The translations under genes and the position numbers were made by a program. 64,000 nucleotides of DNA, taken from Antedon mediterranea. Taxonomy: Eukaryota > Animalia > Echinodermata. The notes under the pieces were generated by a model. That model was not told the DNA's origin and searched no databases. It was given only the letters and a program-made list of their open reading frames with translations. The DNA lies in contig NC_092675.1 in assembly GCF_964355755.1 (NCBI RefSeq), positions 9,233,812 to 9,297,811 of the forward strand, in the 5' to 3' direction. Shown one piece after another: positions 1-13,700 of this stretch (its first letter is position 1; each line of letters starts with the position of its first letter).

Positions 1-61
1 AGATAAGTTGCAGTTATGAATTCATGAACAATTTTTACCTGAAAAATTAGGATTTTTGTCT

Positions 62-127
62 AATAGCTCATGTGCGCTTTAAAGAACCTAGTAATCTTTC
101 GAGACGAGTAGGGGGTTACCCCAGCCG
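62..127 (+). mobile_element. Fragment of Nin/Deu-domain SINE
   Basis: 'ctttaaagaacc...gagtagggggttacccc' matches the reverse complement of the longer SINE copy at 22855-23100. Confidence 0.6.
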
Positions 128-812
128 TTTTTGTTTTTACTATATACTTCCGACTATGAAACGTTAGGCAGTACAACCTCTATGATAAAATACGCGGATG
201 ATACTGTAATCTCCGGTTATCTTCGTGGAGCAGATGCGTCACCGTACATAAATGAAGTTGACAAATTTGTGGACTGGTGTGATACAAACTACCTACAACT
301 AAATAAAAACAAACTAAAGAAATAGTATTTGATACAAGACATAAAATGTTGGACATGATAAGTTAATTATTAAAGGTGTAGAAATAGATCAAGTAGAAGA
401 ACAAAAATACTTAGGAACCACTATTGACAAAGGTCTCAAATTTAATACTCAAATAAATACAGTGTTTAAGAAAACTAAAACTATATAAAATTGATAATAC
501 TATATTAACGATGTTGTATAGGGCTATAGTGTTTTAACTATTAGTTTAATATCGTTGTTTTTTGGTCTTACAAATTAGGATGAGTTAGGAAGCGTGCAGG
601 CAAAATTATTGGCTCTGACCTACCAACTATTCAACAAACATATGAAAAAAGAGTATTACATAAAGTTAACATGATTATGAATGACCACACACACCCACTA
701 AATAAGTACTATGTTTTAAACAGATTGGGTATCAGGCTATGTCCATCATGATCGTCTTCGAAAGTCATTTGTTCCAAATTCTTGCCATTTATAACGCAAC
801 TATTAAAAGATA
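128..812 (+). mobile_element. Degenerate non-LTR retrotransposon RT 3' fragment (Rex1/Babar-like)
   Basis: FLLYTSD...KYADDT...FVDWCDTNYLQLN, then KYLGTTID and HPL motifs, with stops and frameshifts. Confidence 0.75.
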
Positions 813-1811
813 GATTGAATATGTAATTTGTTTTAACTGTATATAATACTGCTATATATATATATATTGTTACGATATAGTATTTTTATATTTTTGTCAA
901 TGTTTGATGTTTATTCGTATTTTTATAAGATCTTTTTTTGTATTCATGACTTTTTATATATTTTTAATTAATTGTTTGAGAGCTTGTTAACGAAACGAAT
1001 TTCTATTTGGACCAATACATTTCTGTATTCTGTATTCTGTAGTATGCACACAGCTAATGTCACACTCATCAAGAGGGCCCCTTAATTGTCAGAATACGCG
1101 GTTTAAGGTCAAATAATAATAAATAATAATAATAATTAGTGTATCTTGCTAATATCCATACCCCATTTTCACCAAGACTTTAATATTTTCTTGCTCAATC
1201 AACTATCTTCTGCCAGAGTTACAAATATTTTAATTTTATGTCATAATGTTAAAAATTTGAATAACCTTGGTCACTTAATTTCATCATTACAGTAATCGAA
1301 TTGAGTCATGATTAAAGGTGTTATGGAAGCTGTTGAATTGTAGATATGGATTCATGTAAAAATTGAACCTATATAGAAAGTTGTGACATCATCATATGGC
1401 CAATTAAAATTTAAAAAAGTTGGAATATCATCTAGTGTTGGATCTTAGGTCATCACAATAGCCTAGGAGTTCAGGCATATAATTAGTTACAGACCATACC
1501 CGTCAACCATTCTAATGGCAAAAATAAAATAAAATGTGAAACTGCGTATTGGTAAAAGTATAGAATGTTTAGTGAAGAAAGCATTTTCCTGTCACCGATG
1601 TTTCGCACTGCAATTTGTTGACAACGCTCGAATGGAATGTTATTTCTGAACTTAATACATAGTTACATCCGATTAGTTACTAATTAATATGCGATTATTA
1701 CTGTAATTGGTTATCAATCAACTGTGGTCAAAATGCATTAGTATAATTACATGGACAATTGCGTCAATAAATAGAATTAGGAAATTTTAAATTCCAGTAT
1801 AAAATAGTAGA

Positions 1812-2134
1812 AATACCGGTAGGATAGACATTCTGTTTACAGTCAATGTATAATACCGGTAGGATAGACATTCTGTTTACAGTCAATGTATAATACCGGT
1901 AGGATAGACATTCTGTTTACAGTCAATGTATAATACCGGTAGGATAGACATTCTGTTTACAGTCAATGTATAATACCGGTAGGATAGACATTCTGTTTAC
2001 AGTCAATGTATAATACCGGTAGGATAGACATTCTGTTTACAGTCAATGTATAATACCGGTAGGATAGACATTCTGTTTACAGTCAATGTATAATACCGGT
2101 AGGATAGACATTCTGTTTACAGTCAATGTATAAT
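1812..2134. repeat. Minisatellite, 8 perfect copies of a 40-bp unit
   Basis: unit aataccggtaggatagacattctgtttacagtcaatgtat at exact 40-bp period. Confidence 0.97.
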
Positions 2135-3399
2135 TCAGTACAGTTTAAAAATGTTCCAAATTGTATTTTTTTTAAAGTCAAAAAGGTTATTACCGAGAGA
2201 CCTGTTTCTGCTCCAAAGTGCAGAATAACCACTTATTTGTTATTAACAAAAATATGAAATTTACAACCACAGTTTGGTTAGGCCACCTGGCGAATTATAT
2301 CTTGTTCGTGAGTTTGTTATCAGAGGTCGTGAAGTGGGATAAATTTTTTTTTTTGGACACTTGATGTAGCGTCATTTCAGATGATGTCACTCATGAACGT
2401 AGCAACGCTCCTTTTTACCTGTGTTACACGGTATGTAGTATGTATACAGTATCTTCTCTGTACTAAATGAAACAAATAAAAAAAATTATTTAGCACGAAC
2501 AACATACTATTTTCTTAGGTCATAGTGATAATCTTTTTTTTTGTGCACTTTCTAACGTATGTGCAAGTGGCATTTGTTGTGCGGATAAATAATTCATTCA
2601 AGTGCACGTATATATGTAGTGTGCACCTGACTTGGGTTTAATGAAAACATGGTCGCGTTGCATAACTACGCGCAATTTTTAAATTAAACGTACATTTTAA
2701 ACAAGGAATGACCTGATTTATATATGCATTATTTTTACAAAATGTCAAAAATTGTAGGGAATAGGTCTTATAGTTCATATTACAGGTCAACTTTCTGTAA
2801 AATAAAAAAATATCGTGCTATGCAATGATTTACACGCATATGTGCATCTAAAAATTTAAAATGCGCAAATAAATTTCTAATCGACAATTTTTTTGCCGTT
2901 TCACACACAAAAATAAAGTATTAAAATAGAAAAAAATGAAAGAAGTAAATCACTGTCTGCCAATATTATGATAAAGTGTATGTATATGTTGTGATATTTA
3001 TGATAAACCTTATAATAACTGTGTCCTGTATGATTAATGGAATTAATCTGATAATAGCTATAGCTATGTTGTAAAGTGACAGTTGAAAGTACTACATATA
3101 AATTATTTATTTCCTTTTCAAAATCTCCCTTAAAAGTTGACTAAATCATCTTATTTTTATAAAATTCAATTTTCAATTGAACAAAGAAGTGTTGAAAAGA
3201 AATGTATTTTGTGTATTGTGAAAAAGATCATGAACATATAGAAAATCCTTCATTGGCATCCAACATGTTTATACAGTAGTATTGTGATATTGTGATGATA
3301 TAATGTACAGTATAAATAAGATTTTAAAATGGTACTCATTATGGAGAAAGACAACATTTTAAACAACCTCCACAAGAATAAAAAACAGCATGACTTTAT

Positions 3400-3575
3400 G
3401 TGGGAAGTGGTGAGGTTGGGAGTGGTGAGGTGGGGGAGTAGTAAGGTGGAGGAGTGGTAAGGCGGGGGAGGGAGGGAGTGGTGAGGTGGGAAGAGTGGTG
3501 AGGCGGGGGAAGTGGTAAGGTGGGAGGAGTGGTAAGGCAGGGAGTGGTGAGGTGAGGTTGGGGAAGCGTGGAGTG
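3400..3575. repeat. G/purine-rich low-complexity repeat (GAGTGGTRAGGYGGG-like)
   Basis: degenerate short units; explains the Pro/His/Ser ORFs on the minus strand. Confidence 0.85.
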
Positions 3576-6500
3576 ATTGATGTTTGTTTGTTTTCATTTT
3601 CATTAACGTGACATTTGTCTACAGTACACATCCTTAGTTCATTTTCATAATAAGACATTGTTTTTTTTCGCGCCTTTATGTAGTTATATTCAAGAGGATG
3701 TAAGCATGAGGACACTGTATCACATGCGGAAGCTATTACTACGGTTGAGATACTATATCGTTTCTAATAAACGCTTCGGAGGCGTTGCATTTTTTGAAAA
3801 GGGGGAGTTTATTGGAGACGAATTTTAACACCCTAATCAAGCTGCTTTAAAATAGTTAATAAGTTTGTTAATTGTTGAAAAACAAGTTAATGTGCAAGCT
3901 ATCTCTAGGCCTGATCCATGTTGCTAGTTATTTGAACAGCAATATAAGTCCATTGTGCTCGTAAATAAAGTGAAATCTAAGTCCCCCACATATTTTTTAG
4001 TGGTTTAGTGTCCCCCTCACTTTTCAACAGCAAAATCATTAAATTGTTGAAAATGAAATAGATAGTAAGACATCTATGACATGCATGACGTATCATATGT
4101 AATTTCAGAAAATATAGTTACTGTATTTAAGAAGAATAGATTTTGCGTGAATATAACCAGTGGCGCATAAGGACCAGTGCCTAAAAAGTGTATGTAACCC
4201 AAAATAATTGTATTCTTTCGGGCGGAATTTTTATGTGCTCAGACATAGATTGAAACGACCTATAAATTACTAAGAGCCGAGCTCCAAGGGGGCTTATCCC
4301 CCTGGACCCCGACCGAGGACGCTTGGCAGCCCCATGCCTTTGTTCGCTTCGCTCACAAAGTATTTTATTTTTATACGTCTTCCCCACCCCTACTATCAAA
4401 AACGGATCTGGTCTTCTGTTGGTACAGTACTATAGTTTAGTTTATGATTATATTTTGTTTTGTACAGTAGGCCAGATTAATAACAAACATAATTGACTAA
4501 TGAATCATTATTTCTGAAGAAAGAACAATAATTATATGTTACATCAAAAAGTTGAGTGGCGTTTTTTATAAGAATTATTTCTTGATGCTACTGTACAGTA
4601 TATCACATAAATATCTGCTGGTCAATCATGTTGAAAGTAAAATAGAGATTACACATCTTAATAGTTGAGTCTAGAGCATTAATTACTGCAAATGTTCTTT
4701 ATACCCTAGCTGAGTGTGAATTTGATACATTCAACTCCTTTGAGATTCATTTTATGGTTGCATATCAAACACCCAAGTATATGTAAACAGCTACTATGAC
4801 ATTTAGGTTTAATCTAAAATCTGTAATTTACTTTCTTCATCTATCATTAAAAGGCAATTTCAGGTTGTAGATTTGTTTATAAATCGGCATCTTTTAGGTA
4901 AAACAATCAATTTTTACCAATCTTATCTTAAAACTTATATAAAACTACAGAAACAGAAATTCCCTTTAATATGATATTCCTCATCGGAGACAAAAGTCTG
5001 TGGTTGATATTAAAGTTGATAATTAATTAGTTTATGATGTGATTATTCATATCGATGAAGATCTAATTAACAATTATGGTAATATAGGTATGTGTGTCTC
5101 TTCCTCCTCATCAAATTGAATGTTTTGTGCTTTAAATTCATTTCTTAAAGAGGTGATTTAACATATCCAGAAAGCAGTTACTTTTATCTTGAATCAATCA
5201 TTAATATATAATATTATATAAATTATAAATCAATTATTTGTTATAAAAAAAAAGTTATCTAATATACCTACAGTAATTGTAATATGCCTAAATATTTAAG
5301 AAGAATATTATCTCATATCTGGGTTGTTTGGTTGATGAAGACCTGTATGTAGAATCTAACAAAAAAAAAATAAAAAAATAAAAATTTCTTAGTAAGACTA
5401 ACTCAAGACTTAAATTTTTGTATAGACATTCTGCATGTCTAAATTTCTTTTCTCCAAAATTCTATGTTATGCACTGATTACTTGTCACTTGTGTTTCTAA
5501 AAAACTTAAACAAAGACTTAAAACAACTCAAACTAAGGTGCTAGATTTATATTAAATAAAAATAATCGAACACATAATTGGTAAAGACGAACTGAACCAA
5601 ATCGGTCAATTATGTCTATAGAATTTGCCAACTCAAACTAAATCATGTTCATAAGATTGTTTATGGAAAATCAGTACCTTATTTGACTGAAAAGAGTTTC
5701 ATCTAACCACCATTATATGACTAGAAGTAGTGCCAATGGTTTTTCAATTCCTAAATCTGATATAATATAATAATAATATCTAAAACTTTTTATTAAACAG
5801 GCATAAAGGCATGGAATAACCTACCTCAATCTATTCAGCAAATTGAAAATAAAAGTAATTTTAAGAAAAATGTTAAATCACATTTCTGTTCAACCAAATA
5901 ACTATAAGTCACTCATAGTCTTTTTAATTAACTTGTTTATTATTGTTTTTGTTATGTGTTTAATGCAATACTTTGTAACGTTTATATTTTTTATTTTAAA
6001 CTATAAAAGGATCCCAATGGAAATAAGCTGATAATATTTTTGGGCTATCGTAGAAAATTTTTTATAAATGTATTAATTGTAATGTCAGTAATTTATTATC
6101 ACTTTCTATGTATTTTTTATGATGATTTTCCTAATAAATTCAAATCAAATAAAAATCAATCATTACATTATAGCGAAATTGTATACTATACTGTATTTAT
6201 TCAAATAAATGCCCCGCTTTGAATAAACGCCTCCCTTGAATAAAGCCCCCATAGAACATCATCAAGGAACAAACTTCCCCCTCGAATAAGTGTTCTCCCG
6301 GGGCCTTTAGTAATAATATAGTAATAGTGTTTGATGAACAGTGAAATAAACATATAAACTACACGTTTTGATCATTATTCAATATTTAATACCAGGATTT
6401 ACTAACTAGAACTTATGTCTTGTAGCTTTTAACTGTGTAGCCTTACAGAAATGGAACAAATATAAATAGTGGCTGGCATATATCATGCAATGATATAAAC

Positions 6501-6821
6501 TTTATTGGATTATATAGCTCTTAGATATGATTTAAAAAAACAAAAGATAGAAATGTACAGTTTTCAAGTACATAATTCTTTCAAATAAAACATGAAAAAA
6601 TTGGGATAAGATCAAAGATAAAGAAATAAATATGACGCTATAAAAGCTTTCAAAAGATTTCCAGATCTAATTATTTTGAAGATTTAATCCCAACTTATAG
6701 ATGTAAAGATTCTGGGATTAGAACTCGACATCGTGGGTGCAATTAAGACTTAGTACCAGTTCCAATGTATCTTGCTAAAAAATACCTGGAAACAAAAGCT
6801 TAATTAGACGAGATTTAATGG

Positions 6822-7806
6822 GAAGAATTAAGGATATTGTCATTTAATAGGTCTTACAGGTTTTAGCAGTTTCTAGTTTAATTAATTAGTTTTCTAATGA
6901 AGTCTTAACTAAAAATTCTAAAGCTTCAAGAAAGTACTGGTGAAGGCCAAGTGTTTTTATTAAAGAGCATTTAACATTATAGGATTGACTCGTATAGTAC
7001 GCTAACATTAGTACCCGTCTGCAACGAGTAGGAGTCCTGCTGAATTACAGATTTCTATCGAGAAAACTTGTCAAATGTAAATGTAAAATTATATTGAAAT
7101 ACAATTGAAATTTCATTTTCTGTGTTTTAAATCCATTGATCAATTTATTGATTGATTAAAATAAAGTTTAACAAAACATACGTCTGGTAGACTAAATGCA
7201 ATATTAAAGTAGGCAATGTACACCGTCAGTAAAATGCATTTTTAACAAAAATAATACATTAAACATTTTACACTATATTTTATATACACTATATTTTATA
7301 TACACTTGCAAGTTTTAGGTAACATCCATAGTCTGAAGTTCGAAAAGTACACTGTTATTTACAAATTTGAAAGTTAACACTTTTTTTAGGTGTTGCTTGA
7401 ACATGTGGGAAAATAGTGGTACGTCTGTAGATATGTAAAATAATTAAACATTATTATTTAAATTAATTATTACCATACAGTGTACAAAGAAATGTTTCCT
7501 TACAGTAGCGGCCGTTTATTACTGAAATACAATCCACACTTTAATCGATAGGCTTATGGAAGAATTGGCATTTAATGGGTGTTACAGGTTTTAGCAGTTT
7601 CTAGTTAAAATTAATTAGTTTTCTAAAGTCTTTAACTAAAAATTCTAAAGCTTCAAGAAAGTACTGGTGAAGGCCAAGTGTTTTATTAAAGAGCATTTAA
7701 CATTATAGGATTGACTCGTATAGTACGCTAACATTAGTACCCGTCTGCAACGAGTAGGAGTCCTGCTGAATTACAGATTTCTATCGAGAAAACTTGTCAA
7801 ATGTAT
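6822..7806. repeat. Near-identical ~250-bp direct duplication (6822-7079 and 7559-7806)
   Basis: 'ttacaggttttagcagtttctag...gagaaaacttgtcaaatgta' occurs twice. Confidence 0.9.
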
Positions 7807-7980
7807 ATGATTATGATAACTGCTAAAAATCTTCCTCGAGAGAAATATCCAAGGCGGAGATCTTTACCAAATTTTTTTCATTGTGCTCGTCTATGTCAGA
7901 ATTAAACATAATTTATATATACATGGTCAAAGTTTTGATACAAATTGGCCATTAAAGCGTTCCTAATTTTATCTTTCCAG

Positions 7981-8113
7981 GTATCGTGCAGAATGTACAA
8001 TTGAAGATTCACCAGAAAAGATTATCAACTTCCTTTTACCATGCCCAAAAGGTCAAAGGGGAAAATGGGACAAGAGCGTCAAAGAGTCATCCATCATAGA
8101 AAATATAAATGAG
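7981..8113 (+). CDS. STARD5: START-domain lipid transfer protein (STARD4/5/6 group), internal exon; upstream exons not found in window
   Basis: ctttccag|G TAT CGT...GAG|gtaaaa; YRAECTIEDSPEKIINFLLPCPKGQRGKWDKSVKESSIIENINE resembles STARD5 YRGEG...LRVKWDENV; phase fits next exon. Confidence 0.85.
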
Positions 8114-8435
8114 GTAAAAATTTAAACAGATTTTTATAACTTTCCAGTTTTTCAAATATTAGGATTATCCCTGACATTATATGCTCTTGCACATTTTGCA
8201 AATGTTATCACTTTGTATTTATGTTGTTTGTAAATTAATAAAATCAAAGCAAACAAAACAGTTTTTGCCAAATAGTAAAATAAAATATTGAATGGAATCT
8301 TCTTTAGTAGTTCTAGAGATAAATTTAGTAATATTCATTTATTCATTGCAGTGGAAAATTATTTCCATTTATTGTCATTTACACATAGCTAGCTTGGGCA
8401 AAGTTTGATTCCTTGGGCTACATATTCCGGGACAC

Positions 8436-8923
8436 ATCATTACCCGCTGAAAAGACAGGTCTTCAACCAATGCATCATACCAACCCTTATATACAGTTTG
8501 GAAACATGGACCATTACTAAGCATCTAGAAAAAAGTATGAGAGTAACAAAAAGGGCAATAGAAAGAGTACTAATAGGTGTCACAAAGAAATAGAAAGTGT
8601 CAAATACAAATCTCAGATTAAAATCAGGAGTTATGGACATAATAAGCAGCATAAAATCAAAGAAATGGAGGTGGGCATGACATCTGGCCAGGAGATGTGA
8701 CAACAGATGGACAGTCAGACTAACAAATTGGACTCCAAGAACCTACAACAGAGGCGGAGGAAGACAACAGATGAGATGGAGGAATGAACTAACAACACAT
8801 GTTGGCATTGCATGGCAAAGAGTCTCTAGAGACAGAAGTGAATAGTCAATTGGTGAAGAGGCTTTCGTCCTGCAATGGAAACAAATAGGTTAAAGAAGAA
8901 GAAGAAGAAGAAGAAGAAGAAGA
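8436..8923 (+). mobile_element. 5'-truncated RTE-clade LINE 3' end with (GAA)n tail
   Basis: PLKRQVFNQCIIPTLIYSLETW...KWRWA*HLARRCDNRW...GRQQMRW followed by a gaagaagaa tail. Confidence 0.85.
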
Positions 8924-9132
8924 ACATATAGAATACTGACTCATAAATATTATGATTGGCGCAAAAGTGACTGTGACTGAAACTTGTGCACATTTCAATC
9001 TGCACTTCAAACTTACTAGATTGATTGAAGTAGTTTTATACCTTTTGTTAAAATCTGCTATTACAATAAATCTACTAGTAACAAAGTTCTTTACCGCTTA
9101 AATTTCCACTGCTTTAAAACTCAGTTACTGTA

Positions 9133-9171
9133 TGCACCGATGAAGGGCTAGTGTTGCCCAAAAGCTCTGCA
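9133..9171 (+). ncRNA. Degenerate minimal type I hammerhead (Penelope pLTR-like remnant)
   Basis: tgca-CcGATGA-a-GGGC tagtgtt GCCC-aAAA-GC-TC-tgca; two core substitutions relative to CUGANGA/GAAA. Confidence 0.6.
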
Positions 9172-9714
9172 AATTTTTATGGCTGTTTTACTTTATCCTT
9201 TTGATTTAGCTTTTTGCTTCATTTTATTTAGCACCTCCAGTGAGATCCAGCCACTGATACCCTACAGCATTGTAATTTTTTCAGTAATTTGCTTTCGGAT
9301 AAATATATATAAAAGTCACCTTGTTCAACCAAATGTCATGTAAGTTTAATGACCGGAGATCATAGCCTTTTATTCTTTAATCCTTTAAAAAGCAAACACA
9401 CACTTATACTATTATTATTACTTAGAACAATCAGAATGTCCCCAGGTTAGAGTTAAAAGGTAGGATTAACATTCATTCATTAAACATATCCAATTAATGA
9501 GTACAAATTTAATAGGCCATCAGCTGTAAGCTGTATTGTTCAGTTACGTCCTGGCAAACGATGGATTCAGAGATTTTTTTATATCTCACAGTATATATTA
9601 TACATAGCCAAAAGTTTGCACAATTCTATCTGTCCAAAGAATGTTCAACATTTGAACTATTTATTTATTTCTGTGAAGTGTGATTCAACAAAATTACCGA
9701 AAATCGCAGCGAAT

Positions 9715-9899
9715 ATTGGTCATGGATTCACCATGACCAATCCGGACAGCAATTATTACCAATCCAACCAACATGGCGACCTACACGTTAGACGTTCTAC
9801 GGTCTGAGTGGAGAATAAACACTGCATAAATTTATTCAAAGCGACAAACTTCAGTGTATAATACATTATGTCAATATATCAACACTTGTAAGAAGAAGT
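9715..9899 (+). promoter_or_regulatory. Putative intronic promoter and first exon
   Basis: three CCAAT/ATTGG boxes, YY1-like CAACATGGCG at 9769, local CpGs, donor gaa|gtaagc at 9898. Confidence 0.4.
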
Positions 9900-10752
9900 A
9901 AGCAAGACAAGACTAGTTTGACACTAAGGCCGGGCCTGAGTGAAAAAAATGGATGGTGAAAAGACTAGATTATTATTATTTTTTTTTTAAATCAATCAAT
10001 TAAATCTGCAATCAAACAATCAACTTTTATTTCGGAAAAAAGTCCATGGCCTATTGATGTACTGAGAACAGAAATTATATATAGTAAAGGAAAATTCGTA
10101 CCAGAACCAAGCAATGGCATAGCCCATTTTTAATTATTTGGTCTGAATAGGACGCTATTACAACTTGACATACATTGCAATAGCAAATGATAGATTTACA
10201 TTCAATATATTGCTAAAAATAAATATACTGTAGTTTACAATGGCTTTTTGTATTAATATTAAAAAAGCTATAGAGCATAATGGGTACAGAATTTGCCTGT
10301 TTACTTAGAGAATAATAGCAAAATAAGAATAAAATACTGTTTCATGGCTTTATATATTAAAGTCTTAAATGCAACATAAGCTCAACTCGGATAATTATAC
10401 AGTAAGTAATAATAATCATTTTCAAAGTGACATGTTTCAGTTATGTCATATTAAATCATGCTTAACAATTTTGTGCTAGTGTAAAAAGTATAAATTCTTT
10501 TAGGAGGGTGGGAGAGGAAGGCTGGCAATGCAAGCATAGTCCAAACTCTAGCAAGGGCACCAAGGCAAACCCAGAATTTGTGTATTATGGCACACTCAGA
10601 ACAATAATAAAAATATCAAAATACTTTAACATAGTGCTCTTTAAAAAATTATGATTTTATGACTTGAGCATACTACTGTACTACTATACTACTACTAGGC
10701 CTAGTCATCTAATGCCGCACCACCTTCTGGCTGAAGAAAACATCAAAATCTC

Positions 10753-13700
10753 TTTTTAGGTGATCATTTAGAATAAAATGATCACCTATTGTTATTGTAT
10801 AAAATCTTTATTAGTTATCCGCATTGAGCGGATAACTCCTTGTAACTGTCCTGTTTCATCATCTTTTTTTTTTTTTTCTGTATTCTTCTTTCTTTCTGTC
10901 ATTTTTGTGTCTCGCGTAACTCAAAAACGTGTAAACATAACATTTCATAACTTTGTCAACTTGTGGGCATTTATGTGAAATTGTGCACCTCCTATTTTGA
11001 ATGACGTCAGAGTTGCGCAACATGACTTACGCGCGTTTTTACGAATTTCGCGTATTTAACATAGATCGAAAACCATATAACAATTTAATATGAAACTTGA
11101 CAAAACTTTAAGTTATATCTTGCGCTAACTGACTATGGGGGAAAAATGGCATGTTTCACACGAAGTTACGCGCGCACGCGCGTTTAAAATTTCAAAATGC
11201 GAAAAATCAATTTCTAATCAAATTTCTACGCGTTTCATGTAATTTTAAGCATGTAAAAAATTCCCACGCGCGCGCATTTTTTTACGCGCATGGTGCGAAC
11301 GTAGCGTTGAAAACAATTTTTTTTGTGTAATTTATGTTTTTTAAGCCTTTTCTAGTAATTTTACCAACTTTTAAACAATTTCGACTTAGAATTACGTCAT
11401 ACGGGCACGTTGAATTGGATAATTTACGTGCGTTTTTGATGAAAAAGTTTAAAAATTTGTCAAAATTCGTCAAAATTATGCCTTTTTTTAAACAGTCATA
11501 GATTCTAAACAACGAGGTGAACTTTTTTTAAATTTCATATTCTGGAAGTTGATAAGTTGTAGATATCGGATTATGAATCAATATGGCTAACCGGACATTT
11601 TGACGTCATCGTATGGCCACATGAATGAAAAATATAGGATTTTTGTCTCTTTCGTTATTGCTCATCATATTCAATGGAGCGCATCACGCCTATCTGTATT
11701 CCTTTTTCTCCGAGATTTTAATATTGTCTAGGTCAATCAACTATCTTTCGCATGAGATAAAAATATTTTAATTTTTATGACGTCATCATGCCTAAAAATT
11801 TTAAATACGTGGGTCATTAATTTCATCTTTACAGTAAATTTTAATCTGTAATAGCTCGTAAGAATAAAATGTGATAATCACGATTAAAACGTTTTATGGA
11901 AGCTATTGGATTGTAGATACGAATTCATGTAAACATTTTGCCAATCGGATGTTGTGACGTCATCATATGGCCAGTTGAATAAAAAAAGTCGTATTTTCAT
12001 ATTTTGCGTAATAGTTCATCACATTTAAAAGGGTGCGCATCTATATTTTACGTATTCAAATTTCTTCTACACGTTAATATGTTGTTCCTGAGATAATTTC
12101 CTTCTGAAATTGCTATCTAAGTGTTTCATTTTGATACCGTCGCCATGTTAAAAATTGGAATAAATGGCGGGTCCCGTAATTTCACCTATTCTACACTGTA
12201 TGTAATATGTATACAGATTATACTGTTTGCATGTATATACTATATGACACAAAATTGACAGAATTCAGCACTAACAGCATATCATATTCTTCAGTTCTTG
12301 TCATAATGCCATAATCTTTATCTGTGTGCAATATTCCAACGTAAGACGTGCACGTGGCGTTTGTCGTGGTGCGGATAACTAACTCGTCAAAGTGACGAGT
12401 TTCATGTCTAGTTATTATTCTTCTTTCTGTACACTTTTTGTTCGTCAAATATCTCAAAAAGTTGAATAGCAATGATCACAAAAATTTCACAATGTCTTTC
12501 AAATACTTTAACTTAGCCATAATAAGCTTTTCAGCGTGATCTCTCACCCGTGACGTCACGTATACGCCATTTTGTGAAATCACATTATCAATCATATATC
12601 CATAATTCATTATAACATATTTATGAAATTCACTACACGTAAACTTCAGGTCAAGGGTAAAAATATTAGCAAGTAAAAACGCGCGCGCACGTAGGGTCAT
12701 GCGCGTGGAATCGCGCAGTAAAAATTTAAAAAGCTCAAAATTACGTTTTAATCAATTTAGAGCATGAATTAGGCCAATTGCGTGTTTCAAAAAATTACTG
12801 CGCAAAAAAAATATTTTGCGCGCGCGATACTTACAAAGCGTAAAAATTGCAATTTTTTTATACAAATCGCGTTCTACTCACCATCCTTAGTACATTCACC
12901 AAATTTGAGTCAGTTCCGACTTAAAATAACGCTATACGAGCAGGTTAAAAATAACAAAATGCGCAAATTAATTGCATCAAAGTGCTGAAAATGGTGAAAA
13001 ATAAGGCCTTTTTAAAATGAATATAACTCTTCAGAATGGCAGGTGACCTCCAATTTTTTTAACTTTTTCGGGAAGCCATTGGGTTGTAGATACATATTCA
13101 TGTACACATTAGACGTACAAAATGGTATGACGTCATCAAATGGCCACTTCAATTTAAAAATTAGTAATTTTTATCTTTTTGTGTGGGTTATCACATTCAA
13201 TAGAGCGCATCTCCGTTATTTGAGCCCGATTTTCGCCGAAATTTTAGTATGTGCTTGCTCAATTAATTATCTTTCTCAAGAGTTGTCAAAATTTTTATTT
13301 TGATGACGTCATCATGTGTAAAAACTTTAATAACCAAGGTCGTGTAATTTCAGGTACACCATACATTTGAATATGTTATAGCTCTTCAGAATTAAAGGTG
13401 ACCTTGAAGATTATAATTTATTATGGAAGCTGAATAAATTTAGATATGAATTCATACAAAAATTAAGCCTATCGGATGTTGTGATGTTATCATATGGCCA
13501 GTTGAAGTTAAAACGTTGTTTTTAAATTTCTTTAGTCAAAGTTATACAAATTTCAAAGAGCGCGCATTGCGCTTCTACGTGTCAAATTATCTTCCAATCC
13601 TTATATTTATTTGCTCAATTCATTATCTTTCGAAATTGTCATCTTCGAGTTTATTTTGATAATTCCATCATACCAAAAAATTTTAACATGATGTGGGTCC

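Noticed and set aside
3250-3715. Pro/His/Ser-rich ORFs of 117-118 aa
   Set aside because: Translations of a G-rich low-complexity repeat
5031-5087. ag...|gtatgt segment as the missing upstream STARD5 exon
   Set aside because: The frame needed to join 7981 contains stops and the open frame shows no START similarity
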